In this document: positions 1 to 13,405 of the stretch, piece by piece | Position numbering within the stretch: position 1 is the first letter of the stretch | Layout: each line of letters begins with the position of its first letter | Origin: Escherichia coli | GTDB taxonomy: Bacteria; Pseudomonadota; Gammaproteobacteria; Enterobacterales; Enterobacteriaceae | Length of the DNA stretch: 64,000 nucleotides | NCBI RefSeq assembly: GCF_003334315.1 | Contig: NZ_QOWR01000017.1 | Direction: 5' to 3' (one strand) | The notes under the pieces: model-generated | Databases searched by the model: none | Told to the model about the DNA's origin: nothing | What the model saw: only the letters and a program-made list of their open reading frames with translations | Translations under genes and position numbers: made by a program

Positions 1-137
1 AAGTCGCTGTCGTTCTCAAAATCGGTGGAGCTGCATGACAAAGTCATCGGGCATTATCTGAACATAAAACACTATCAATAAGTTGGAGTCATTACCAGGG
101 AGATTAAATATTTGTCAGTTTATGTCAGTGCGGAAAA

Positions 138-278
138 CTAAAAATAAAACACATAGATCAGATCCATAATTGCCAACAATCCCCAGAGAAAAAGATAAAG
201 CATCAGATGCTCGCGAATATTATTGATGAGATAGTGCAACAGCCGACGCATTAAATACTCCTGTAAAAACGGCCTCAT
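138..278 (-). CDS. yceO: small protein YceO (46 aa)
   Basis: Minus-strand ORF read directly: ATG at 276-278, stop at 138-140, translation [46 protein letters not shown]; below the 60-aa cutoff of the ORF track; matches my recollection of YceO. Confidence 0.55.
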
Positions 279-290
279 TCTGGAGGCCGT
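265..290 (-). terminator. candidate rho-independent terminator downstream of solA
   Basis: 8-bp stem 269-276 / 283-290 (acggcctc / gaggccgt) followed on the minus strand by a T-run (plus aaaa 265-268); immediately after the solA stop at 299-301. Confidence 0.4.
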
Positions 291-298
291 AATGATGA

Positions 299-1417
299 TT
301 ATTGGAAGCGGGAAAGCCTGAATGGCGTCAAATCAAAATCGCTTTTTTTGTCTTGCGCAAAATCGGCAGCTATTTCCCCTAAAACTGACGCAAATTTAAA
401 ACCGTGCCCACTCAGGCCGGTAATGAGCAGTGTATTATCGTGGCCGGGTAGGGTATCGATAATAAAATCTTCGTCAGGCGAATTATCATAGGTGCAGGCA
501 GCGCCGTACAGGCAGCAACCGATACCCGGCAATACATTGCGCAAGAACGGGAAGGCTTCTGACCCATCACTGGCCACTTCCGCAAACGGAACACGTTCAT
601 CCGCTGAATGGATAACCTGGCCTCCGTTATGTTTGCCAATCTTCAACGCGTCGTTTTCTGCCGGAAAACCATAATATTGATCGCCATTGGGCAGTTCACC
701 GGTAAACGCCGGGAATTTATTCTTCACGCTATAGCGGCCATCGGCCTGATACCAGGCAAATACTTTGCGTACGGGCTGGACAGGCAGCTCCGGGAACAGG
801 TCTTTTACCCATGTTCCCGCGCAGACAATCGCTTTTTTCGCCTGATACTCACCGTCAGCCGTTTCAATAGTTACGCCATCATCGTCATGACGAATTGCGG
901 TGACCGGGCAGTTGAACAGTTGCGCACAGCCCGCTTCCTTCGCCAGTTGGATCCAGGTTTTAATCGCCAGTTCGCTGCGCAAAAAACCGGAATCAGTTTC
1001 AAATAAGCCGATGTAGTTGTCCGGGACGCGTATTTCCGGCCAGCGGGCCATAATCCCTTGCGCATCGAGCTTTTCAACGTTGAGTTGCCATTGTTCGGCG
1101 CTGTGGGCGACGTTGGCGAGAAATGTGGAATCAGCCGGGCCAAGGTTAATGACGCCAGAGCGTACAAAAATGGGATCTTCTTCGTTGTGGCGGGAGAGTT
1201 CATCCCACAGCGTTTGCGCGCGGAGGACCAGCGGGACATACTTTTCGCCTTCACCATAAGCATGGCGAATTAATCGCGTATCGCCGTGGTGGCTGCCGTG
1301 TTGATGCGGTGGCATATGGGCGTCGGTCATTAGCACGTTTAAACCGGCGCGGGTTGCATAATACCCGGCGGCAGCGCCTACGGAACCGCTGCCAATAATG
1401 ATGAGATCGTATTTCAT
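299..1417 (-). CDS. solA: N-methyl-L-tryptophan oxidase (FAD-dependent)
   Basis: 372-aa ORF; N-terminal dinucleotide-binding motif [15 protein letters not shown]; recognised sequence and neighbourhood. Confidence 0.93.
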
Positions 1418-1531
1418 TTTTTTCTCTCTGCTCTCATGGTTTAAGCAGAGTAATTAACTGAATGCAGATATACAACCCAGAAATGGTAAAGGCACCGGTG
1501 AGGTGCCTTTTGGGTGGATGGTCATGTCATG

Positions 1532-1786
1532 TTAATGACGCCGATACTCGTTTACCTGGAAATCACCGGATTCAATTTTGGCGATTCCTGCTTCTAATAT
1601 CGAAATAAATTGTCTGGCAACATCAGTGGTTAACCAGAGCGTCTGACCAACTTCAGTCCCTTCCTGCTCGGACTTATTTGGGGTCTGGTAGTGCAAACGC
1701 AACATCAGCGCATCATAGCTATCAACGGTGCTGATGTCCCACCCTACGAGCGGATGAGTCTGAATGACTTCATTATTTTTTTCCAT
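1532..1786 (-). CDS. bssS: biofilm regulator BssS
   Basis: ORF track 1532..1789; start trimmed to second Met (MEKNNEVIQ..., 84 aa). Confidence 0.85.
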   Translation of the reverse strand: MEKNNEVIQTHPLVGWDISTVDSYDALMLRLHYQTPNKSEQEGTEVGQTLWLTTDVARQFISILEAGIAKIESGDFQVNEYRRH

Positions 1787-2031
1787 CATGGCCCCCTAAT
1801 TCGTGTTACTAGACAACGTTATTCGAGGTTCAATGCGTTTTTATCTGAAGCAACTTCAGTATACCAATAAGTAAGGGTATTCACCGAATTTTTAAAGGGG
1901 GAAACAGATAAATTTCTGCTTTTAAGATTTATATGAACAATAAAACAGCATGTCATTCATATTTTTTTAGCATATTGTGCAATTATTTTGAGGAAGTGTA
2001 GAAATTTTGTACTCAAAATTCGTAAGTAAAA

Positions 2032-2063
2032 TAAAAAAGCCGGGGCGACCCGGCAAAAAAAAA
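2032..2063 (-). terminator. rho-independent terminator downstream of dinI
   Basis: GC stem gccggg(2039-2044)/cccggc(2049-2054) flanked by A/T runs on both sides. Confidence 0.5.
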
Positions 2064-2073
2064 TCACTGCATA

Positions 2074-2319
2074 TTATTCGCTGACAAACCAGTCATCGGC
2101 GCTTTCCCACGTTTCCTGGAGAATTTCACTAATGCGCTGTTTATCTTCTTTTGTCGCGCCAATAACCGATAAATTATTCGCTGCGGCATAACGTACCGAT
2201 ACGTGGCCTTCATTATCAGGAAACGCATACTGAATACGGCGGGAAAGTTCGCCAGCCAGGGCGTCAATAGCCCCAGCTGGCAATGGAGAAGTTTTCGCTA
2301 TGGTGACTTCAATTCGCAT
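2074..2319 (-). CDS. dinI: DNA damage-inducible protein I
   Basis: 81-aa protein MRIEVTIAKTSPLPAGAIDALAGELSRRIQ... beginning at the internal ATG (2317-2319) of ORF 2074..2451. Confidence 0.9.
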   Translation of the reverse strand: MRIEVTIAKTSPLPAGAIDALAGELSRRIQYAFPDNEGHVSVRYAAANNLSVIGATKEDKQRISEILQETWESADDWFVSE

Positions 2320-2338
2320 AATAGCCCCCTGTTGAATA

Positions 2339-2358
2339 TACTGGTTATTTATACAGGT
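2339..2358 (-). promoter_or_regulatory. LexA (SOS) box upstream of dinI
   Basis: Minus-strand ACCTGTATAAATAACCAGTA (CTGT-N8-ACAG core) about 20 bp upstream of the dinI start. Confidence 0.8.
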
Positions 2359-2392
2359 AAAATAACCTAATGACAACAGGAAGCTACGATTT

Positions 2393-3439
2393 TTATTGTT
2401 TAACGGACCAGCGTACCGTTTCCCCGGCGAGGAATGGCACCAGCGTGTCATCAGTCAGTGCGATGCTTTCAGCAACCTGTTGCTCTTCACGTACCAGTTC
2501 GATGAATGTGTCGTTGACCGGCAACCCATAGAACTGCGGGCCGTTTACAGAACAGAATGCTTCAAAGTGCTGCAAAGCATTCATTTCTTCAAAGACGGTA
2601 GCGTAACTGCCCAGCGCGGTTGGGGCGTTGAAGCAGCCCGCGCAGCCGCAACTGCTCTCTTTGCGATGACGTGCATGTGGCGCAGAATCCGTACCGAGGA
2701 ATACTCGATTAAAACCGCTGGCGACCAGTTCACGCAATGCCTGTTGGTGAATATTACGTTTGAGGATGGGTAGACAATACAGGTGCGGACGCACGCCTCC
2801 AACCAGCATATGGTTGCGGTTAAACATCAGATGCTGCGGAGTGATGGTGGCAGCCAGCCGTTCATTTCCGTCACGGACATAGTCGGCAGCATCTTTGGTG
2901 GTGATGTGCTCAAAAACGACTTTCAGCGCAGTCAGGCGCTGGCGCAGAGGTTCCATCACGCTTTCTATAAAGCGCGCTTCACGATCAAAAATGTCGATAT
3001 CTGCATGTGTCACTTCACCATGCACCAGTAGCGGCATACCGATTTTTTCCATGCGCTCAAGTACCGGCATGATTGCGTCAATTGACGTCACGCCGTGGCT
3101 GGAGTTAGTGGTTGCGTTTGCCGGGTAAAGTTTTGCAGCGGTGAACACGCCTTCGTTAAATCCGCGCTCCAGCTCATTAGGATCCAGCGAATCTGTTAAA
3201 TAACAGGTCATCAATGGGGTGAAATCGTGCCCGGCAGGTACGGCGTCAAGAATACGCTGGCGATACGCCACGGCAGCCTCAACGGTGGTCACGGGCGGAG
3301 CCAGATTGGGCATTACGATAGCCCGTCCATAAATTTCGCTGGTATATGGCACGACAGTTTTTAACATGTCGCCATCGCGGAGGTGAAGGTGCCAGTCGTC
3401 TGGGCGGCGGATCTTTAATACCTGGGATGGTGCAGTCAT
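2393..3439 (-). CDS. pyrC: dihydroorotase
   Basis: 348-aa ORF; metal-binding HxH motif ([10 protein letters not shown]) near N-terminus. Confidence 0.95.
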
Positions 3440-3490
3440 TAATCTCTATGCTCCGGCTGAAGGGATGTTTTTGCCGGACACAAAGGATAA

Positions 3491-3506
3491 GCGGAAACGT
3501 TTTCCT
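3491..3506 (-). promoter_or_regulatory. candidate PurR operator in pyrC promoter
   Basis: gcggaaacgttttcct resembles the PurR box consensus ACGCAAACGTTTGCGT; lies upstream of pyrC. Confidence 0.55.
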
Positions 3507-3513
3507 TTGCACG

Positions 3514-3539
3514 AAAAATAAAGGGCGCGAATGCGCCCT
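3514..3539 (-). terminator. rho-independent terminator downstream of yceB
   Basis: Stem agggcgc(3522-3528)/gcgccct(3533-3539), loop gaat, followed on minus strand by TTATTTTT. Confidence 0.55.
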
Positions 3540-3544
3540 CGTGA

Positions 3545-4105
3545 TTAATCAGTAAATGGAATGACAATTTCGCCTGGCTTCACTTCAATGCCTTTCGCCA
3601 GTTTTTTCGCCATTGCTTCGCCCTGGCTGCCATCTTCGCGCAGGACGTAAGCAGGTTGCTGGTTAAAGTAATTGCGTAATGCCTGGTTCAAATAGGGAAG
3701 CAACGTTTGCATCACCGTTTGCATTTTTTCCGGTTGTACCGTCGCATCGACCACTTCCATCTCTTTCAGGAAGATCGCACCTTTTTCTTTATCAAACACG
3801 GGCAGCGCTTTCAGCTTCAGTTTCATGGTCGCTTTCTGACTACCGAACAGGGAGTTCATGTCCAGATTGGCGTCTCCGGTTAGGGTAACCTTATTCGGCT
3901 CTTCGCGACCAATTTGGCTGGTCAGGTTTGTCAGAACAATATGGGCGTCAGCCACGCCGGGTAAACCGATATCTTTTGAGAAATTATTATGTTTCGCAAG
4001 CGACTGGTTAATTTCTTGTTCGGTGATGGTGTATTGGGTGAGTTGATTACAGCCAACGAGCAGGCCACTGACGATCAATGCAGCGGCAAATAAAAACTTG
4101 TTCAT
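3545..4105 (-). CDS. yceB: lipoprotein YceB (DUF1439)
   Basis: ORF 3545..4306 trimmed to Met of MNKFLFAAALIVSGLLVGC (signal peptide plus lipobox LVGC), 186 aa. Confidence 0.85.
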   Translation of the reverse strand: MNKFLFAAALIVSGLLVGCNQLTQYTITEQEINQSLAKHNNFSKDIGLPGVADAHIVLTNLTSQIGREEPNKVTLTGDANLDMNSLFGSQKATMKLKLKALPVFDKEKGAIFLKEMEVVDATVQPEKMQTVMQTLLPYLNQALRNYFNQQPAYVLREDGSQGEAMAKKLAKGIEVKPGEIVIPFTD

Positions 4106-4238
4106 GGTAGTCCTCGACATGAAATCTGCGTCAATATCCTGACACAACGCAGCATGTGTCACCAGCGATAAACTCGCCAGCAGAAAAAACTGAAAACGGC
4201 GGCAACCCGCGAATACAGGCTGCCGCGGCGGGTCAGGA

Positions 4239-4886
4239 TTAAATCGCCATTGATGATAACAAATTGATTTGTGTCTGTTTCGCCATATTATCGCGGTAAT
4301 CAGCAACGCGGCTTGGCCAGTTAATTCCGGCTACCAGCGTCAGATTACGCAGTAGCGGGAATAGCTGAATATCATCTTCCGAAAGTTCGCCATTCACGGC
4401 GTTCGGTTTGACGATCAGTTTGTCCAGCGCACGTAAATCATCGCTGATATTCTTAATCAGACCGTCAGAGTGGGCCAGCAGGTCGGCAAAATTACCCGCG
4501 CTGGCCTCTTTCTTGTCGACGAAATATTTGCGCGCGGCGGGAGTAGAAAACTCATCAAATGCCGATTTGGCAAAACGCGGCAACAGCAGTTTGTTGGCGT
4601 AGCCATTGACCTTGCGCAGCCACTCTTCAATGGCAGGGGAACGTTTGCCGGTCAGTAACGGTTTGCCGTCGAGTTTATCGACATAGTGAACGATGTCCAT
4701 GCTTTCTGGCATATAGCGGCTGTCATCTTTTTGCAGAATGGGAACCTGTTTTTGACCGACCATCCGGGTGGGTGTTTCTGCGTCGTCGTTGAGCAGAACA
4801 TGTAATTCGACGGGGATATTTTTCAGGCCGAAAATCATGCGGGCTTTGAGGCAGTAAGGGCAGTGATCGTAAATGTATAGCTTCAC
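4239..4886 (-). CDS. grxB: glutaredoxin 2
   Basis: 215-aa ORF with N-terminal CPYC active site (DHCPYCLKA). Confidence 0.93.
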   Translation of the reverse strand: MKLYIYDHCPYCLKARMIFGLKNIPVELHVLLNDDAETPTRMVGQKQVPILQKDDSRYMPESMDIVHYVDKLDGKPLLTGKRSPAIEEWLRKVNGYANKLLLPRFAKSAFDEFSTPAARKYFVDKKEASAGNFADLLAHSDGLIKNISDDLRALDKLIVKPNAVNGELSEDDIQLFPLLRNLTLVAGINWPSRVADYRDNMAKQTQINLLSSMAI

Positions 4887-4949
4887 GTGACTCTTCCATT
4901 TGGCTGTCAGTTCACTTTCAGTATGGAGGAGTCAGGGGGGAGTATCAAA

Positions 4950-6158
4950 TCAGGCGTCGCGTTCAAGCAAACGACGCGCGGCGCGTTTCTGGCTAAACTG
5001 CCAACCCAGCGCAAGGAAAGTGAAGATGCCAATAATGCCCAGCATCATCCACGGAAGCTCTGGCTGGTGCGCCGATTTGCCCAGGTCAAACAGCCAGCCG
5101 CCACCGATATAACCAATAGCGCCGCCAATCGCCAGACCCAGACGGCTAAACCCCATATAGCTGCCGCGAGCTCTTGCGTCCGCCAGCGAAGCACTTAAGG
5201 TTTCACGCGCAGGCTCGGCAATGATCGACCCGATATAAAACAGACAAATCAGGGTGAAAAGTTGTTGCAGGCCGCTGACCATGCCCACCGGCATCATGCT
5301 TAATGACATTATCAACAGCCCAGCCATCAACCGGTGTTCCAGGCGAAAATGCTTTTCACTCCAGCGGGCGATAGGATAGAGCAACGTTAACGACAGACAC
5401 GCTTCAATGGCATACATCCATTTAACGGCAGAGGGCGCGCCCGCCACGTCGTTGACCATAATTGGCAGCATCAGCATCACTTGAACAGCCAGCATGTAGT
5501 AACCCGCCAGCGTCAGGACATAGGTGACAAAACGCTTGTCGCGCATCACGCGGGTCATGCCTTCGCGAACGGGCGTGCGTACGGTGGAGAGTTTCCATGC
5601 CGGTAATAACCACGCATTGAACGCTGCACACAGTACAAACAAAACGGCCCCTGTGGCGCAGACCAGGCGAAAGTCGTATTGCAACAGCCAGCTCCCCAAC
5701 AATGCGCCAATGACCGCACCGGCACTGTCCTGCATCATCAACAGCGAGAAAAAACGACCACGTTGTTGTGGACGGATTAGTTTCACCACCAGCGCCGAAC
5801 GCGGCGGATCAAACAACGTGCCGCCGAGTCCCGAAAGCAGGCATGAAAACCACAATAGCCACGGTTCGTGGGCGATACCCATTGTGGCGAATCCGGCGGC
5901 ACGCATCAGCATACCGGTAACAATCATCGGTTTGGCACCAAAGCGGTCGGCAATTGCGCCGCCGAAAATACCCAGACCTTGCTGAATAAATTGGCGTAGA
6001 CCGAGAGCAATACCGACCATGACGGCGGCCCAGCCCATTTGATCAACGAAGCGGATAGAGATCAGCGGGAAGACAACAAAGAACCCCAGCACGACCAGCA
6101 TATTATCGATGAGCAGGAAATATTTACCCAGGTTCCTCGCCTGCGACACGCGGGACAT
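4950..6158 (-). CDS. mdtH: MFS multidrug transporter MdtH
   Basis: ORF 4950..6188 trimmed to [16 protein letters not shown] (402 aa); multi-TM hydrophobic protein. Confidence 0.9.
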
Positions 6159-6393
6159 TTCCCCTCCCGGGAAATAAAAGATGAGCACTTTCTATTCTGC
6201 ATTGCCGCTAAGACTTTTCCCATCACTTCGGGGACAATATTTTTTTATCAAAACGTCGCTTTGATAGAGAGTTTTTATCAAATATGTGAATAATGCAGAA
6301 AATGGCATTTTGGACTTTTCACAGGGTCTGGTTGCGCAGGTATAGTAATACTTACAGCGTATTAAAGACGTTACGGGAAGGAGTAGGTATAGA

Positions 6394-7636
<1,243 letters not shown>

Positions 7637-7637
7637 A

Positions 7638-8561
7638 GTGAAAAAATTACGTATCGGCGTAGTGGGATTAGGTGGCATTGCGCAAAAAGCGTGGTTACCG
7701 GTGCTGGCGGCAGCGTCTGACTGGACGTTACAAGGAGCCTGGTCGCCTACGCGCGCGAAAGCCCTGCCAATTTGTGAAAGCTGGCGCATTCCTTATGCCG
7801 ATTCGTTATCCAGCCTTGCCGCCAGTTGCGATGCGGTTTTTGTGCATTCCAGCACCGCCAGCCACTTTGACGTGGTCAGTACGTTACTCAATGCGGGGGT
7901 ACATGTCTGTGTCGATAAACCGCTGGCAGAAAATCTGCGCGATGCTGAACGGCTGGTGGAACTGGCAGCGCGGAAAAAACTGACGTTGATGGTCGGTTTT
8001 AACCGTCGTTTCGCACCACTCTACGGTGAGTTAAAAACGCAACTCGCCACCGCAGCCTCGCTAAGAATGGATAAACATCGTAGCAATAGCGTCGGGCCAC
8101 ACGATCTTTATTTCACGTTGCTGGATGATTATCTGCATGTGGTGGATACCGCGCTGTGGTTGTCGGGCGGCAAAGCCTCTCTGGATGGCGGTACGCTACT
8201 GACTAACGACGCTGGCGAAATGCTGTTTGCCGAGCACCATTTTTCGGCTGGTCCTTTGCAGATCACCACCTGTATGCATCGCCGTGCCGGAAGTCAGCGT
8301 GAAACCGTGCAGGCCGTGACTGACGGTGCGCTCATCGACATTACGGATATGCGCGAATGGCGTGAGGAGCGCGGGCAGGGCGTAGTGCATAAACCGATTC
8401 CTGGTTGGCAGAGTACGCTTGAGCAACGTGGGTTTGTCGGCTGTGCGCGGCACTTCATTGAATGTGTGCAAAACCAGATAGTTCCGCAAACCGCCGGCGA
8501 ACAGGCCGTGCTGGCGCAACGTATCGTTGACAAGATCTGGCGCGATGCGATGAGTGAATAA
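7638..8561 (+). CDS. yceM: Gfo/Idh/MocA-family oxidoreductase YceM (MviM)
   Basis: ORF 7605..8561 trimmed to GTG at 7638 (VKKLRIGVVGLGGIAQKA, Rossmann motif); start overlaps the yceH stop. Confidence 0.85.
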   Translation: MKKLRIGVVGLGGIAQKAWLPVLAAASDWTLQGAWSPTRAKALPICESWRIPYADSLSSLAASCDAVFVHSSTASHFDVVSTLLNAGVHVCVDKPLAENLRDAERLVELAARKKLTLMVGFNRRFAPLYGELKTQLATAASLRMDKHRSNSVGPHDLYFTLLDDYLHVVDTALWLSGGKASLDGGTLLTNDAGEMLFAEHHFSAGPLQITTCMHRRAGSQRETVQAVTDGALIDITDMREWREERGQGVVHKPIPGWQSTLEQRGFVGCARHFIECVQNQIVPQTAGEQAVLAQRIVDKIWRDAMSE

Positions 8562-8583
8562 ACCCTGTAACATCTGGCGGTAG

Positions 8584-10206
<1,623 letters not shown>

Positions 10207-10245
10207 CAATGCATTCCGGCCTGCAGTGCAGGCCGGAGATAATCT

Positions 10246-10662
10246 TCAGATCGAAATCTTTTTACCGCCGCGATGGGTTGTTGAGGTCTGACCGTTCGCC
10301 CCATATAGCGTCGGTTCCTGATGCGGTTTCAACATTTCCAGCGCCTGTTGATTGCGCTCAATCTGTCCTTCCAGTAACCAGCCGTTATGTTGATTCATTT
10401 GGCGTAGTTGCTGCGTTTTCACAGTAATTTCCTGCCAGCGTTGACTAATATCAACGCTATTTGCTGTATTGGGTTCTTTCCTGCGTAACTGTTCGAGGTA
10501 ATCCAGCGTCGCCAGCAGTGAGCTTTTTTGTTCTGTAATCCATTGCAACTGGCTGCCGTTGATCTGCCCCATAGAGAGATGTTGCTGCTCTTGATCCATT
10601 ACCGTTTTGAGATCGTTAAGCACAGCGGACATCTGGTCGAGGATCTCTGCAAGACGTGTCAT
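10246..10662 (-). CDS. flgN: flagellar export chaperone FlgN
   Basis: 138-aa ORF in flgAMN operon context. Confidence 0.92.
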   Translation of the reverse strand: MTRLAEILDQMSAVLNDLKTVMDQEQQHLSMGQINGSQLQWITEQKSSLLATLDYLEQLRRKEPNTANSVDISQRWQEITVKTQQLRQMNQHNGWLLEGQIERNQQALEMLKPHQEPTLYGANGQTSTTHRGGKKISI

Positions 10663-10666
10663 ACGA

Positions 10667-10960
10667 TCAGTTACTCTGCAAGTCTTGCTGCGCTTCGTTG
10701 ATCAGCGCATCGGCAATTTTGCCGGTGTCCATTTTTAGTTCACCGTTACGAATCGCCAGTTTTAACGCTTCGACACGTTCAAGATTGATATCACTGCTGC
10801 CGGGTTGCATCAGTTTTGCTTGCGCGTCGCTTAACGTCACACTGGTGCTGGTGGAGGCGGTTGTTTTTGCCGCCCGGCTGTTCGTTACCGGCGCGTCAGT
10901 GGTTTCGCGCGGTTGAACGGTGCTTACAGGCTTCAGAGGCGAAGTGCGATCAATACTCAT
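10667..10960 (-). CDS. flgM: anti-sigma-28 factor FlgM
   Basis: 97-aa ORF, Ser/Thr-rich N-terminus, adjacent to flgN. Confidence 0.93.
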   Translation of the reverse strand: MSIDRTSPLKPVSTVQPRETTDAPVTNSRAAKTTASTSTSVTLSDAQAKLMQPGSSDINLERVEALKLAIRNGELKMDTGKIADALINEAQQDLQSN

Positions 10961-11003
10961 GGTTTATTCCTCATTGAGGGCGCTTTTATCATGTGTTGCT
11001 TAT

Positions 11004-11030
11004 TTATCGGCAAGGGACGGGTAATCTTTA
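11004..11030 (-). promoter_or_regulatory. sigma-28 (FliA) class 3 promoter for flgMN
   Basis: Minus strand reads TAAA-N15-GCCGATAA exactly (plus ttta 11027-11030, ttatcggc 11004-11011), between flgA stop and flgM start. Confidence 0.8.
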
Positions 11031-11035
11031 ACAGC

Positions 11036-11695
11036 TTACAGGTTTATAAGAATATTCCCATCTGCATCAACAACGCCGCTGACTACCTGTCCCGATACCA
11101 TGCGCACCCGCGCATTCTGTGCGACGGCTGCATTGTTCAGCGCCTGACCTTCTGCGTTGGCGCTAAACCCATCACCGCTGGCGATCACATTGACGCGTTG
11201 TCCCGCTTTTACCCGCCATGCCTGGCGAAACTGGGTTAACTGGATAGGTTGATCGGGTGATAGATCGCGCAGGCTAATGGCATCAACAAGTTGATTGATA
11301 TCCAGCACCGTACGCGGTGGCAGGGTATCCAGCCGTCCGCGTTTCAGTTTGACATTGCCAGCTTCCAGCTTTCCTCCCCGCGCAATGGGCATCGCGGCAA
11401 CCACATAATTTCCTGTGGCCTGTACATTAACCTGTAAATATCGTTTGTCGTTACCGCAGCGTGCCAACACATTCACATTGCCCCACAGGCGGGAATTATT
11501 GCTCATCGAAAGCAATGGCTGCTCGCATGGCGGTAGTAGATTGGGCGCTGTACGAATAGAAACACGAACCTCATCACTTACCCCCGCGAGTTGGGCGCTA
11601 AAAAAGTTGTGCAATTGCGATGTGAGATTGCTCGCCGTACTTAACGGACTGAACAGTATCGCGATGATCGCCACGCTACGTTTTATTATCAGCAT
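11036..11695 (-). CDS. flgA: flagellar P-ring assembly chaperone FlgA
   Basis: 219-aa ORF with signal peptide, divergent from flgB. Confidence 0.92.
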   Translation of the reverse strand: MLIIKRSVAIIAILFSPLSTASNLTSQLHNFFSAQLAGVSDEVRVSIRTAPNLLPPCEQPLLSMSNNSRLWGNVNVLARCGNDKRYLQVNVQATGNYVVAAMPIARGGKLEAGNVKLKRGRLDTLPPRTVLDINQLVDAISLRDLSPDQPIQLTQFRQAWRVKAGQRVNVIASGDGFSANAEGQALNNAAVAQNARVRMVSGQVVSGVVDADGNILINL

Positions 11696-11849
11696 TTTCG
11701 CCCCCAGCCATTTCTACAACGTGAATTGTACCTGTCCGCAATGACCATCAACGGCATAAATAGCGACCCATTTTGCGTTTATTCCGCCGATAACGCGCGC
11801 GTAAAGGCATTTAAGCTGATGGCAGAATTTTGATACCTGCGGAGGAGAT
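11696..11849. promoter_or_regulatory. divergent flgA / flgB promoter region (class 2, FlhDC-dependent)
   Basis: 154-bp spacer between divergently oriented flgA and flgB; assignment by established knowledge of this operon pair, motif not delineated. Confidence 0.5.
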
Positions 11850-12266
11850 ATGCTCGATAAGCTCGACGCCGCCTTACGTTTTCAACAAGAGGCGCTCAAT
11901 CTGCGCGCCCAGCGTCAGGAAGTGCTGGCAGCAAACATCGCCAATGCCGATACCCCTGGTTATCAGGCGCGCGATATCGATTTTGCCAGTGAACTTAAAA
12001 AAGTCATGCAACGTGGACGGGATGCAACCAGTGTGGTTGCACTGACGATGACCTCAACGCAACACATTCCGGCGCAGGCGCTGACGCCTCCTACCGCAGA
12101 ACTGCAATACCGTATTCCGGACCAGCCTTCGCTTGACGGTAATACCGTCGATATGGATCGCGAACGCACCCAGTTTGCCGATAACAGCCTGCAATACCAG
12201 ATGAGCCTTAGCGCGTTGAGCGGGCAAATCAAAGGCATGATGAACGTTTTACAGAGCGGAAATTAA
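11850..12266 (+). CDS. flgB: flagellar proximal rod protein FlgB
   Basis: 138-aa ORF; first gene of flgBCDEFGHIJ. Confidence 0.95.
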
Positions 12267-12269
12267 CGG

Positions 12270-12674
12270 ATGGCACTGCTGAATATTTTTGATATCGCCG
12301 GGTCGGCGTTAACTGCCCAGTCCCAGCGCCTGAACGTGGCGGCCAGTAATCTGGCGAATGCTGATAGCGTGACCGGTCCCGATGGACAGCCATATCGGGC
12401 AAAACAGGTGGTATTCCAGGTTAACGCTGCACCAGGTGCTGCGACAGGCGGCGTAAAGGTTGCCGATGTTATAGAAAGTCAGGCCCCGGACAAACTGGTT
12501 TATGAACCGGGTAATCCGCTGGCAGATGCAAAGGGCTACGTAAAAATGCCGAACGTTGATGTTGTCGGAGAGATGGTTAACACCATGTCGGCGTCACGCA
12601 GCTATCAGGCCAATGTTGAAGTGCTCAACACGGTGAAAAGCATGATGCTGAAAACCCTTACGCTCGGTCAATAA
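12270..12674 (+). CDS. flgC: flagellar proximal rod protein FlgC
   Basis: 134-aa ORF, rod-protein N-terminal motif ([11 protein letters not shown]). Confidence 0.95.
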
Positions 12675-12685
12675 AGGAGAAAGCT

Positions 12686-13381
12686 ATGTCCATTGCGGTA
12701 ACCACCACCGATCCGACAAATACCGGCGTCAGTACCACCAGCAGTAGTTCGCTCACGGGCAGCAACGCCGCAGATTTACAAAGCAGTTTTCTGACTTTGC
12801 TGGTGGCGCAGCTGAAAAACCAGGACCCGACCAATCCAATGGAAAACAACGAGCTGACGTCGCAATTGGCACAAATCAGCACGGTCAGCGGGATTGAAAA
12901 ACTCAATACCACGCTCGGATCTATTTCCGGACAGATTGATAACAGCCAGTCGTTACAGGCCAGTAACCTGATCGGTCACGGCGTGATGATCCCCGGCACC
13001 ACTGTTCTTGCGGGAACCGGCAGTGAAGAAGGGGCTGTGACCACGACCACGCCGTTTGGTGTTGAGCTGCAACAGGCGGCAGACAAAGTTACGGCCACCA
13101 TCACCGATAAAAATGGCGCGGTTGTGCGCACCATTGATATTGGTGAACTGACCGCCGGAGTTCACAGTTTCACCTGGGACGGTACGTTGACTGATGGCAG
13201 CACTGCGCCGAACGGTTCTTACAATGTAGCGATTAGCGCCAGTAACGGTGGTACACAACTGGTTGCCCAGCCGCTGCAGTTTGCTCTGGTGCAGGGTGTG
13301 ATCCGCGGCAACAGCGGTAATACGCTGGATCTCGGCACTTACGGCACCACCACCCTCGACGAAGTACGGCAGATAATTTAA
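12686..13381 (+). CDS. flgD: flagellar hook cap (scaffold) protein FlgD
   Basis: 231-aa ORF in operon order. Confidence 0.95.
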   Translation: MSIAVTTTDPTNTGVSTTSSSSLTGSNAADLQSSFLTLLVAQLKNQDPTNPMENNELTSQLAQISTVSGIEKLNTTLGSISGQIDNSQSLQASNLIGHGVMIPGTTVLAGTGSEEGAVTTTTPFGVELQQAADKVTATITDKNGAVVRTIDIGELTAGVHSFTWDGTLTDGSTAPNGSYNVAISASNGGTQLVAQPLQFALVQGVIRGNSGNTLDLGTYGTTTLDEVRQII

Positions 13382-13405
13382 GCCTTCACATTTCAGGAGT
13401 CAGTC

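Noticed and set aside
608-1263. Several ORFs of 70-132 aa on both strands inside solA
   Set aside because: Nested in or antisense to the clearly recognisable solA frame; no independent support.
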